Below are positions 36,700 to 46,120 of a DNA stretch of 64,000 bases, in pieces; the first letter of the stretch is position 1; every line of letters begins with the position of its first letter. The notes beneath the pieces were generated by a model. The model did not search any database and had not been told where the DNA came from. It saw only the letters and a list, made by a program, of their open reading frames with translations. Source of the stretch: Candidatus Gottesmanbacteria bacterium (GTDB lineage Bacteria; Patescibacteriota; Microgenomatia; UBA10105; UBA927). The translations under genes and the position numbers were made by a program. The stretch covers positions 70,725 through 134,724 of the forward strand of contig JACRMP010000005.1 of NCBI GenBank assembly GCA_016214885.1, read 5' to 3'.

Positions 36700-38372
36700 A
36701 GTGTTTCCACCCGCGTTACCCTGAGTATTTCCTCTATCGTCGTCACCCCTTTAGACACCTTAATCAGCCCGTCATCCAGCATGGTAAGCATCCCTTCGGT
36801 AATTGCCTGCTGGGCAATCACATCGCTGTCTTTCCGTTCGGTAATGAGTTTACGGATTTCTTTTGTTATCTCTAAGACCTCGAAAATACCTACCCGCCCC
36901 GCATAACCCGTAAACCGGCAGTTTTTACACCCCTGCCCTTTATAGACTCTGATTTCTTTGTTTACTCCCGTAGGGATGTAGTGCTTGCTTATGATGGTTG
37001 CCGGAAGATTTTTCTGTAACTCTGCTTCAGTAATAGTTGTTGATACGCGGCAATAATCACAAATTTTCCGTACCAGACGCTGCGCGACAATAAGACTCAC
37101 ACTGGATGCGACAAGGAACGGCTCTACATGCATGTCAGTAAGGCGTGGAAGCGAGGTGGCAGCATCATTTGTATGAAGCGTCGAGACGACTAAATGACCG
37201 GTAAGAGCGGCGTTGATGGCAATACCGGCGGTTTCGGGATCACGGATTTCTCCGACAAATATAATATTGGGATCCTGACGCAAAATAGAACGCAGCCCAT
37301 TGGCAAATGTTAAATTGGTTTTTGTATTCACCTGAATCTGATTAACCCCCTTAATCCTGTATTCCACAGGATCTTCAATGGTCGTAATGTTTTTATCCCG
37401 GACGTTTAAGATTTTCAGCATGGCGTAAATTGAAGTCGTCTTGCCGCTCCCGGTAGGACCAGTCGACAGAATCATGCCGTATGACCTGTGGAGTGCGGCG
37501 TTTATTTTATTTATCGCTGCTTCTTCCATGCCAAGGTCAGCAAAACTAAACAGCTTAAAATGGGAAACCAATAACCGCATGACCACCTTTTCCCCCTCCA
37601 CCATGGGAATAATGGAAATACGGATATCCACTGACTGCTCGTCATGTTTGATACGCACTTTACCGTCCTGGGGAGCCGAATGTTCATCCGTACGGAGGTT
37701 TGCCAGTACTTTGATACGGCTTACCACCTGGCTGTGCATTGTTTTAGAGAAGTTCAGCACGTCATGAAGAATTCCGTCGATCCGGAACCTCACTAATGAA
37801 TCTGCCTCCCCCGGCTCAATATGGATATCAGAAGCAGTCTCATCCACCGCGCTATGCAGCAATAAATCGACAATCGTAGAGATCGGCGCTTCATCCTCCC
37901 GTTTAAAACGCTTCATTAAATCGGCAAATACCGACTGCAGCTCGCGCCTATGGAGCTGTAATGCATTATGAATGTCGTGCTCGGTTGCATAATGGACAAT
38001 TATTTTCTGACGGATTTTTTTCTCAAGGGCGGCAAACACTGGAGTATCAGAAGGATTTGCTGCCGCAACTTTTAATCCTCCCTCGTCCCGTGCAAACGGG
38101 ATGATTTTATGCACTTTGGCGAACTTATCCGGAATTACCCGATATACTGATTCCGGAATAGTGACATCAGCCAAATTAACAAACGGCACGCCCAAATGTT
38201 CTGCGATAAGCTTTCCCAGATTGGTGTCGGTAATGACATTTTTTTCAAGCAGCGCATCAACGAGAGGGACCCCTGCACTCTTGGCAAACTCAACGACTGC
38301 TTTAAGCTCAGCTTCAGTCGCCACATGCGACTGGATCATCAGCTTCTGGAGGATTTCATCAGAAATATTCAT
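36696..38372 (-). CDS. pilB: Type IV pilus assembly ATPase PilB / GspE family
   Basis: N-terminal GspII_E domain. Walker A LSTGPTGSGKTTS, Asp box, Walker B, His box (TLHTNDA) and the tetracysteine CDYC...CKNC. Confidence 0.9.
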   Translation of the reverse strand: MNISDEILQKLMIQSHVATEAELKAVVEFAKSAGVPLVDALLEKNVITDTNLGKLIAEHLGVPFVNLADVTIPESVYRVIPDKFAKVHKIIPFARDEGGLKVAAANPSDTPVFAALEKKIRQKIIVHYATEHDIHNALQLHRRELQSVFADLMKRFKREDEAPISTIVDLLLHSAVDETASDIHIEPGEADSLVRFRIDGILHDVLNFSKTMHSQVVSRIKVLANLRTDEHSAPQDGKVRIKHDEQSVDIRISIIPMVEGEKVVMRLLVSHFKLFSFADLGMEEAAINKINAALHRSYGMILSTGPTGSGKTTSIYAMLKILNVRDKNITTIEDPVEYRIKGVNQIQVNTKTNLTFANGLRSILRQDPNIIFVGEIRDPETAGIAINAALTGHLVVSTLHTNDAATSLPRLTDMHVEPFLVASSVSLIVAQRLVRKICDYCRVSTTITEAELQKNLPATIISKHYIPTGVNKEIRVYKGQGCKNCRFTGYAGRVGIFEVLEITKEIRKLITERKDSDVIAQQAITEGMLTMLDDGLIKVSKGVTTIEEILRVTRVETL

Positions 38373-38503
38373 AGGCAGGTCTTCCGTATACGGACACTCT
38401 CTTCATCATAGTGGATAAAGGGGGTCTGAAACAATGCCGGTGAATCCGTGATTGACAAACACACACGTTCCTTTCTATGCTAGATAAAGAAAGAGGAGGA
38501 ATT

Positions 38504-38638
38504 ATGAAAGCTAAATCTGCCCGTGCAAAGAAAGCTGCACACCCGAGTGAGAGTATTATCATTCAGTTTGGAGTCGCATTTATTGTTGTTGCCGGATTTG
38601 CGCTCCTCATGTATGCGGTCAAGTATTTTCTGCCGTAA
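38504..38638 (+). CDS. 44-aa basic, tail-anchored small membrane protein (not in ORF track)
   Basis: Translated manually as MKAKSARAKKAAHPSESIIIQFGVAFIVVAGFALLMYAVKYFLP. A very strong RBS, AAGAGGAGGA, lies 7 nt upstream of the ATG. Confidence 0.35.
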   Translation: MKAKSARAKKAAHPSESIIIQFGVAFIVVAGFALLMYAVKYFLP

Positions 38639-38775
38639 CAACGAAAAGTTGAATGCACTTGCATCTTGCTGAGTCTTCTTAACCGATTGACGATCTTTCC
38701 TGATGCCTTCGACGCAAATACAGCAAACCTGGAGGCCAATGGAGGAGACGGATCGCTATTTCCGCTACTGAAGAA

Positions 38776-39864
38776 CTATTCGAGGTAATCCTTCAACTTC
38801 TTGGAACGGGACGGGTGACGGAGCTTTCGCAATGCTTTAGCCTCTATCTGCCTGATACGCTCCCGCGTAACACCAAATTGTGCACCAACCTCTTCGAGCG
38901 TACGCGGTCGCCCATCCTCCAGCCCAAACCGGAGAATAAGCACTTTCTTTTCTCTGTCTGACAATGTGGCAAGCACCTCTTCCATGTGTTCCTTCAGGAG
39001 CTGGCGGGAGGTCTGATCATAAGGGGTGGGACCCGGATCAGAAATGAAATCCCCAAGATGAGAGTCTTCTTCGTCACCGACAGGAGTTTCCAGGCTTGTC
39101 GGCTCCTGGGAAACTTTCATGATCTCGCGCACCTTCACTACATCCACTTCCATTGCCTTGGCTATTTCCTCAGGTGTCGGCTCACGGCCTAAATCCTGCA
39201 TGAGCCTGCGGCTGATTCTTGCAAACCGGTTGATCGTTTCTACCATGTGAACGGGAATCCGGATCGTTCTGGCCTGATCAGCGATAGCCCGGGTAATTGC
39301 CTGACGGATCCACCATGTGGCGTATGTCGAAAACTTAAACCCTTTTCGCCAATCATATTTCTCAACGGCACGGATTAGGCCCTGATTACCCTCCTGGATA
39401 AGGTCCAATAAACTCATGCCTCTGCCGATGTATTTTTTGGCGATGGAAACAACCAGCCGGAGGTTGCTTTCGATAAGCTTCTTTTTGGCTCTCCGGTCGC
39501 CCTTCTCATACCTCTTGGCCAGACTCATCTCGTCGGCAAACGTAAGAAGCGGAATACGTCCGATTTCTTTTAGGTACATCCTGACCGGATCAGAAATACC
39601 TTCATCTGAAGCCCGGACTAATGCTTCTATTTCTTTTTCCAGATCGGCAATGCTTTTTCTGGCTTCCTGCTCGATATCAGCGCTTGTCGTTTCAAAAACA
39701 TCAACTCCCGACCGGATTAGCTGATCATACAGATGATCAAGATCTGCTATTTTGTCTTCGGGTTTAGGAAAAAGGGCAAGGATATCGTCCTGAGTTACAA
39801 ATCCGTTTGACTTGCCTTGTTTAAGAAGATTATCACTGGAACCAGCGGCTTTGGATTTTTGCAT
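38776..39864 (-). CDS. rpoD: RNA polymerase sigma-70 factor RpoD (primary sigma)
   Basis: Region 2 [42 protein letters not shown], region 3, and the region 4.2 [30 protein letters not shown]. Start set at MQKSK with a GGAGGT RBS. Confidence 0.9.
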   Translation of the reverse strand: MQKSKAAGSSDNLLKQGKSNGFVTQDDILALFPKPEDKIADLDHLYDQLIRSGVDVFETTSADIEQEARKSIADLEKEIEALVRASDEGISDPVRMYLKEIGRIPLLTFADEMSLAKRYEKGDRRAKKKLIESNLRLVVSIAKKYIGRGMSLLDLIQEGNQGLIRAVEKYDWRKGFKFSTYATWWIRQAITRAIADQARTIRIPVHMVETINRFARISRRLMQDLGREPTPEEIAKAMEVDVVKVREIMKVSQEPTSLETPVGDEEDSHLGDFISDPGPTPYDQTSRQLLKEHMEEVLATLSDREKKVLILRFGLEDGRPRTLEEVGAQFGVTRERIRQIEAKALRKLRHPSRSKKLKDYLE

Positions 39865-39932
39865 GAATTTACCTCCGAGAGTCAATGCCGTCAAGCGGCA
39901 TCGGACTTCGCTTATACGGCATTATAACGCAT

Positions 39933-41711
39933 TTAGCTGCCTTTTTCCAGAGCGGCAAACTCATCGGTATATCCTTTGAGTGCCGTCTGAAGCGCATCAT
40001 GTTCCTCGGACGAAATAGATATGTCACGGAGTTTGCCTCCTATTTCCTCCATACGCTGACGCACATGAGCGCGCTTCACTTCGTGAAGTGCTTTTTCCCA
40101 CTCGCGCGCAAAACGGACATCATCATCCAGGAGTGTGGAAATATCCCAGAGAAACGCCTCATCAAACGCGGGCACGAGTTCTGCAGGCAAAGAATCGGCA
40201 AATTCCTTAACCGTAAACGCTTTTTGCTTACGGATATACGATTCCATGCTTTCCAGAATCCGCCGCACCGGCAGGTATTGAAACGTAGGAGTCGGTAACA
40301 TATTGTGAAACGAACTCCACAACTCAGAGGATTTCCCCTGCAGCAACAGTGCCAATACATATACCTCTGCTTTTTCCAGCCTGCTCAATACCGGCTTTTG
40401 CGCACCCGGCGCAACTTCTCTCACGGGTATCACTCTACTCACCCGGTGCTTAGCCAAACTTTCCCGGACAGTCTCATCGGAAATTCCCAAAGCCTCTGCC
40501 AATTTTCTGATGTAATGACCCTGGACAATCGGGTTGTCTATTTTATGAAGCACAGGCAAAAACTCATCGGATATCTTCCGTTTTCCAAATGAGCTGGTTC
40601 CATCAAATCTTGTAAGCGCCGAAGACAGGAAATAATCGTAAACAGGAGATGCATCCTTAAGTGCCTTCTTGAGAAGACCGGGATTTTCTCTGGCCGCCTC
40701 GTCAGGATCCTTCCCTGAAGGCATTGTGGCAACCCTCATGTCGAACCCGTTTTTTTCCGCTATTTCTATTCCGCGGCGGGCAGCGGCATCCCCAGCCAGA
40801 TCACTATCGAGCGCAAACACCAGCCGCTCGGCAAACCGCCGGAGCAGCCTCGCGTGATCTTCGGTAACCGCCGAGCCTTTGATGGCTACCACGTTAGCAA
40901 TTCCCGCCTGGAATGACGAGATGACATCCAACTCACCCTCCATGACAATGGCTTCATTCGCTTTCTGGATCGCATCTTTGGTCACATCCAGCGCATAAAG
41001 AACCTTCCCTTTTACATACACCGGCGTTTCGGACGTATTAATGTATTTAGCTTCTTTAACCGTTGGGTCAAGCACCCTGCCGGAAAATCCGATGGCGTTA
41101 CCCCTATGATCCTTAAGCGTAAACATCACTCTTCCCCGGAAACGGTCGTAGCACCCGCGCGTGCCCCGGATAACCAATCCGGCAGCCTCCAGAACAGCAT
41201 CTTCGTAACCTTTTTTGTGAAGATAGGTAAGCAACCCATCCCAATTATTAGGGCTGTATCCTAATGAAAACGTTTTCATGGACTTGTCGGATACGCCCCG
41301 GTGTTTGAGATAATCACGGGCATTTTCTCCGACAGCGTGCTTTGTCAGCAAGTAGTGGTAATACTCACTTGCCAAATGGTTTGCCTCCAGAATTCTTTGC
41401 TTCAGTTTAGCTTCCGGTGTATCGGTGGGCCTGCGCTCAAGTCTCACCCCGGCACGTTCTGCCAGTGTTTCCAGTGCTTCAGAAAAATCAATGTGATCAA
41501 GAAGCATGATGAAATCAAACGCACTCCCCCCTTTGCCGCATCCGAAGCAATGGAATGTCTGCCGGTCAGGACTTACGATAAATGAGGGAGTCTTCTCCGA
41601 ATGAAACGGACACAAACCCTTAAGATTGCGGCCGGCCTTTTTCAGGGTTACCCGTTCTCCGATAATATCTACAATATTTAGCCGGGATTTAATTTCGTCG
41701 ATGTCAGACAT
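39933..41711 (-). CDS. dnaG: DNA primase DnaG
   Basis: Zinc ribbon CPFHSEKTPSFIVSPDRQTFHCFGCGKGG, and the TOPRIM domain EGELDVIS...DSDLAGD. Confidence 0.9.
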   Translation of the reverse strand: MSDIDEIKSRLNIVDIIGERVTLKKAGRNLKGLCPFHSEKTPSFIVSPDRQTFHCFGCGKGGSAFDFIMLLDHIDFSEALETLAERAGVRLERRPTDTPEAKLKQRILEANHLASEYYHYLLTKHAVGENARDYLKHRGVSDKSMKTFSLGYSPNNWDGLLTYLHKKGYEDAVLEAAGLVIRGTRGCYDRFRGRVMFTLKDHRGNAIGFSGRVLDPTVKEAKYINTSETPVYVKGKVLYALDVTKDAIQKANEAIVMEGELDVISSFQAGIANVVAIKGSAVTEDHARLLRRFAERLVFALDSDLAGDAAARRGIEIAEKNGFDMRVATMPSGKDPDEAARENPGLLKKALKDASPVYDYFLSSALTRFDGTSSFGKRKISDEFLPVLHKIDNPIVQGHYIRKLAEALGISDETVRESLAKHRVSRVIPVREVAPGAQKPVLSRLEKAEVYVLALLLQGKSSELWSSFHNMLPTPTFQYLPVRRILESMESYIRKQKAFTVKEFADSLPAELVPAFDEAFLWDISTLLDDDVRFAREWEKALHEVKRAHVRQRMEEIGGKLRDISISSEEHDALQTALKGYTDEFAALEKGS

Positions 41712-41908
41712 ACCGGGTTGTGAAATTTCGACTGTTGCTTTTACGCTTGTCGAAGCCTCAAATTCCTTTCATATACCATAACAGATTATTAAGTAAAGAT
41801 TACTTATCCGCCGGCAACGAACGCAAAGCGTGTCGAAATTCTACTACCCGGCATAAGTTGAGCGCAGGATAACACACTTCCAAGGTGTTTTTCTAATAGC
41901 GCACCAGG

Positions 41909-42400
41909 CTACAGCATAACCGGTAAAGGAATTGGGTTGGCGCGGTGCTTGAGGTACAAAGCGACCGCTTCGCCGTGATCAAACGCCAGCGCATTAAGCG
42001 GAGGGAGACCGGAAATATCCATCCAGGCAACTGCAGTTGATTCACTATCGTGACCACCCACTTTCTTAAGTGGCGTTACCAAAAAATGAAACGATACATT
42101 CTGCCTGTCTTCGTGTGGCCTATTGGGATCGGACTTGATAATAAAAAGCGAAGTTACTGCACCGTCCCAACCCGTTTCTTCCCGGAGCTCCCGGAGGACG
42201 GCCTCCGATACGGTTTCGTCCCTATCCAAAAATCCTGACGGCAATGACCATTTCCCTCCTTCAGATAATTCGGGAGCCCTCTTCACCAGAAGGAGCTTCC
42301 CATCATTCTCCATGATAGCGTGCACGACAACGTGCCGCAGACTTGCTTTTTTGCCGTTTTCAAACGTACAGGTAATCATAATCGTGCTAAAACGGAACAA
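41909..42400 (-). CDS. NUDIX hydrolase
   Basis: GKWSLPSGFLDRDETVSEAVLRELREETG is the Nudix box. Confidence 0.75.
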   Translation of the reverse strand: MFRFSTIMITCTFENGKKASLRHVVVHAIMENDGKLLLVKRAPELSEGGKWSLPSGFLDRDETVSEAVLRELREETGWDGAVTSLFIIKSDPNRPHEDRQNVSFHFLVTPLKKVGGHDSESTAVAWMDISGLPPLNALAFDHGEAVALYLKHRANPIPLPVML

Positions 42401-43079
42401 AATGATTCCACTGCCTTGAGTCTTTTTCCATTAACCGCATTACACATAAATCCAGTGGCCGTATAGTCAGACGGAGCAGCAATTCGCCTATCACCGGAAC
42501 GTGTTTAATTATCCACTCCCTCCATGGGGCAACCCGGTCTAACGAATAGGGAAGATTGCGGAGGTAATACATCACCGCACGCCGCACCGGCCTGCTCCAT
42601 ATATTCCGCAGCACCACCCGGCCGTTTACGGCAAGAATGCGCGTTACAAAAAACATATCAGTCATCACGCTATCGAACCACTGGCTGGCGTCAATAAACA
42701 CCATATCTGCCTGCTCGCTTTTATATGAGAGCGTTGCCAAATATTCCTGGCTGGTCATATTTTCTATAAAATGAACGCCTTTTTGTTGCTTAATAAAATC
42801 GTCTATGGTGCTTTTTTTAGGAGGGTGCGGAATGTGATGGTAGGGATCGATAATCACATGCTTACGGGGCTTATTTGACGCAGATTGAATCCAAAGCGAT
42901 GAAATACCATACCGGAAACCAAGTTCAACGAACGTGCGGGGTTTATAGCGGTTAATAAGCTGCATCAAAAACATTCCCTGCGCTTTGTTTATTGCCATTG
43001 GCCAGATGTCTGGAGCAATACGGTCTGCATATCCTTTATCGCTGTATAACAAATCAATAATTTTTTTAGCTGCATTCAT
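42387..43079 (-). CDS. Class I SAM-dependent methyltransferase (O-methyltransferase-like)
   Basis: FVELGFRYGISSLWI is glycine-rich motif I. DMVFIDAS is the motif II/III region. Confidence 0.45.
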   Translation of the reverse strand: MNAAKKIIDLLYSDKGYADRIAPDIWPMAINKAQGMFLMQLINRYKPRTFVELGFRYGISSLWIQSASNKPRKHVIIDPYHHIPHPPKKSTIDDFIKQQKGVHFIENMTSQEYLATLSYKSEQADMVFIDASQWFDSVMTDMFFVTRILAVNGRVVLRNIWSRPVRRAVMYYLRNLPYSLDRVAPWREWIIKHVPVIGELLLRLTIRPLDLCVMRLMEKDSRQWNHFVPF

Positions 43080-43082
43080 ATC

Positions 43083-44672
43083 TTATTTTCCTGTATATTC
43101 ATCCGACGCATATACCGCCGACAAATCAGCGCCGTCTACCGAAACGGCATATATTTTCCGGAAGCGGATGGGCGGAGCTTCCTTAAAATCCCGGTTGATA
43201 ATAACATATATGTCAGCTTCTTCTGCAGCCGCTACCACCCGCATACCCCTTCCCGTTAATTGGGGTATCATGACACGCTCGGTGTATGGTAGTATCTGCT
43301 GAAAATATATGGTGGTACCTTCTTTTATGTTAAAGTTCATTAAATATTCCAGCAATCGTGATTGCGATATCCCCCAATAATCAAAATCAAAACTTTTTTT
43401 CGCGCGAGAATAGCCACCCGCAAGAAGGTTGAAATATACGTACTGGTTCGGATGATTTTTTATAAGAAAATTAACGGATAAAAAAAGATCAATAGTAAAA
43501 AAAGCTCCCAGCATAAGTACCGGCATGTTGATTGCGCGTTTGTTGACACCTTCAATAGCCTTCCGCAATGCATACACGGCAAATGCCACAATACAGGGAT
43601 ATATATAATACACATGCCTCCACCCGTCATAGGAACGTGGATGAAAAAATACCGACGCAACAAATGTTCCGGTGATAATAAGAAACATTGCCGCATATAC
43701 GGCATTACTATTTGCGGATCGCTTATCTCCCTTAACAATCTGTTTTATAAACACACCCGCTCCCAGCACGCCGGCTGCAAGAACCGAAAGCATACCGGTA
43801 ATTCCTACCCATACAAAATGGTAATGCCACGGGATAATAGGGCTCGTATAAAACTCACCGAAATAAAACGTGGGCACGCCCAACGAATTTGCGGAAACAC
43901 GCCAGAAGCCGATGGCGTTTTGTATGAAATTATTCCAAAACAAAGGGAACATGGCAAAAACGGAGGCCAATGTTCCTGAAACATACACAGCGACCCGCCC
44001 TAATCTACTGATATACTTCACCGAAGCATCCAAAAAAATAACAACGGATATAACCGCGAACAGCAGTAACCCCTGTACTCTTACCGCGATCGAAAAACCT
44101 GTAGCAACCGCCAAAATAAGAAAAGACAGCCAAGAGCGATCTTTTGTGTACCAATAGGCAAGCAAGACGAATATCGTCGCCGATACAAACGCGATATCTT
44201 TGGAATTATAAAAGCTTTCGGCAAAAAATCGGGGGTATACTGCAAGAAAGGTAACGCCGATCAATCCGAAAAAAGGATGGCCGTTTAGGACGGACATAAA
44301 GATATAAAAGCAAATAAGCGACAGAACAAAAAAAAGAAATACTCCCAGATGCCGTGCAGCGACGACATCAAGCCCGGCAACAGAAACCAGCGCATTGCTT
44401 GCTACATATAAGGGAACCTCAAACGCCGGTCCGTAATGACGGTCGTAATGACCCTGGATCTCCGGTGAACCATAAACAATCCGTTCATAATTTACCCTCC
44501 CAAGGTCAATCTGTGAATATTCGTCTATAGGTACGCCATAGTCACGGTATATAGATAAACCGAGGATAATATAGCCAAGAAGCAAAACAAGTGACAGTAG
44601 GTGAACAAAACGGGGACTGACTAGTAGTGTAGCTTTCACAGAACCATTATCGCACCTATCTACCAGCTCCAC
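43083..44672 (-). CDS. GT-C fold membrane glycosyltransferase (ArnT / PMT, GT39/GT83-like)
   Basis: About 11 TM helices. The first periplasmic loop has the acidic DEYSQ motif. A C-terminal soluble domain is present. Confidence 0.5.
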   Translation of the reverse strand: MELVDRCDNGSVKATLLVSPRFVHLLSLVLLLGYIILGLSIYRDYGVPIDEYSQIDLGRVNYERIVYGSPEIQGHYDRHYGPAFEVPLYVASNALVSVAGLDVVAARHLGVFLFFVLSLICFYIFMSVLNGHPFFGLIGVTFLAVYPRFFAESFYNSKDIAFVSATIFVLLAYWYTKDRSWLSFLILAVATGFSIAVRVQGLLLFAVISVVIFLDASVKYISRLGRVAVYVSGTLASVFAMFPLFWNNFIQNAIGFWRVSANSLGVPTFYFGEFYTSPIIPWHYHFVWVGITGMLSVLAAGVLGAGVFIKQIVKGDKRSANSNAVYAAMFLIITGTFVASVFFHPRSYDGWRHVYYIYPCIVAFAVYALRKAIEGVNKRAINMPVLMLGAFFTIDLFLSVNFLIKNHPNQYVYFNLLAGGYSRAKKSFDFDYWGISQSRLLEYLMNFNIKEGTTIYFQQILPYTERVMIPQLTGRGMRVVAAAEEADIYVIINRDFKEAPPIRFRKIYAVSVDGADLSAVYASDEYTGK

Positions 44673-45940
44673 TACACCGTCTCAAGAAGCTTGCCTGCAA
44701 CCCACCCTGAGCTCCACGCCCATGAAAGATTAAAGCCGCCGACCTGTCCGTCTACATTAAGTATTTCACCTGCAAAAAACAATCGTTTGGCTTTTTTGGA
44801 CGCTAATGAACCGGCGTCAACCTCGTCCGTAGCTACTCCCCCTGCAGTAAATTCCCCTTCGTTCCACCCGCGCGTATCTGTTACTTCCGATGTAAATTCG
44901 GTCAGCACACCGAACAACTTATCGTATTCCTGCGGATTCAACTCTCCCGACAGACGTTCTTTGGGAAGCCCTGCAACCGCGCATATTGCCCCTGCGGCTT
45001 TCTGCGTAAACAACCCCCACAAGCTATGGGCTACCGGAAGCGTTGCGTGTACTGAGAGCCGTTTATCCAAAATCGCCTTCACTTCTCCTGCCGTTTTATT
45101 AGGAAAAAAGGATAGGCGTATCTTGGCGTCCCGCTTATTTTCCCTGTTAATGCGGACAGAAAAATCATGACTTATGTCAAAAATGGCAGGCCCTGAAAAC
45201 CCGTACTGGGTAAACATAACGTCGCCGACAGCCGTTGTACCGTTCACCCCACCGATAATACTGGTTGCTTCCATCACCATTTTTTCCCCCTGCATAAAAT
45301 GAGATAACTGATTTTTGGAAACTATCGGAACTGCGGTAACCACGGGAGTCACAATGGTGTGTCCTGTGCCGGCTGCAAGATCATATCCCGATCCGTCTGC
45401 TCCCAGGGAGGGATATGTTTTACCGCCCGCTGTCATAATGATATAACGCCCCGTATAGCTCCCATCGTTTGTCTCCACGGTCCAATAATCTGCTGACAGC
45501 ACCAACGCCGTAATCGCAACATTGTAAAATATTTCTATATGGTGTTCTCCTAAAGTGTCCACCAGCATGTCCCGCACGGTTTTTGCATGGTCAATTTCCG
45601 GAAAAATCTTCCCCCTGCTCGTTTTCTTTTCCTCATAGGTGGGTACACCGAGCTCATCAAAAAATGCCATAATATCGCGGTATCCGAACTGGGAAAATAC
45701 GGAGGTGATAAAATGCGCGTCACCGTGAAAATACGCTACGGGGTTCTCCTCTAAATGCACATTGGTAAGATTTCCGCGCCCTGCCCCCGAGGTGAGGAAT
45801 TTCCTGCCCAGCTCGTGTGTCTTGTCCAGGATCGCCACACTATAATCCGGGTGGTGATGTCTCACAGAAAGCGCGGCCATCATGCCGGCGGGACCCCCAC
45901 CGATAATAATCACGTCATATTGCACCGAAAAAGTAGTCAT
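44672..45940 (-). CDS. HI0933 / BaiN-like NAD(P)/FAD-dependent oxidoreductase (aminoacetone-oxidase family flavoprotein)
   Basis: YDVIIIGGGPAGMMAA is the FAD dinucleotide fold. Also has the characteristic GRYIIMTAGGKTYP and C-terminal FAGEILNVDGQVGGFNLSWAWSSG. Confidence 0.75.
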   Translation of the reverse strand: MTTFSVQYDVIIIGGGPAGMMAALSVRHHHPDYSVAILDKTHELGRKFLTSGAGRGNLTNVHLEENPVAYFHGDAHFITSVFSQFGYRDIMAFFDELGVPTYEEKKTSRGKIFPEIDHAKTVRDMLVDTLGEHHIEIFYNVAITALVLSADYWTVETNDGSYTGRYIIMTAGGKTYPSLGADGSGYDLAAGTGHTIVTPVVTAVPIVSKNQLSHFMQGEKMVMEATSIIGGVNGTTAVGDVMFTQYGFSGPAIFDISHDFSVRINRENKRDAKIRLSFFPNKTAGEVKAILDKRLSVHATLPVAHSLWGLFTQKAAGAICAVAGLPKERLSGELNPQEYDKLFGVLTEFTSEVTDTRGWNEGEFTAGGVATDEVDAGSLASKKAKRLFFAGEILNVDGQVGGFNLSWAWSSGWVAGKLLETV

Positions 45941-46120
45941 ATAGCCATCATTAGCTCGTTAATACCCGTATCGTACACACTGGGACACCCGGCGGGCAAT
46001 GCGTAAAATACATAGCCCGAGAAAATTGCAAAGCGGCAAACCTGCATTGACTTGCCCACACTCCATACCCATACTAAGAACAGGCACACACAGCACCTGG
46101 TTGTTTCTTTGTGCCGATGT

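Noticed and set aside
36290-36724. 144-aa plus-strand ORF
   Set aside because: It is antisense to pilC, a Ser/Thr-rich shadow ORF.
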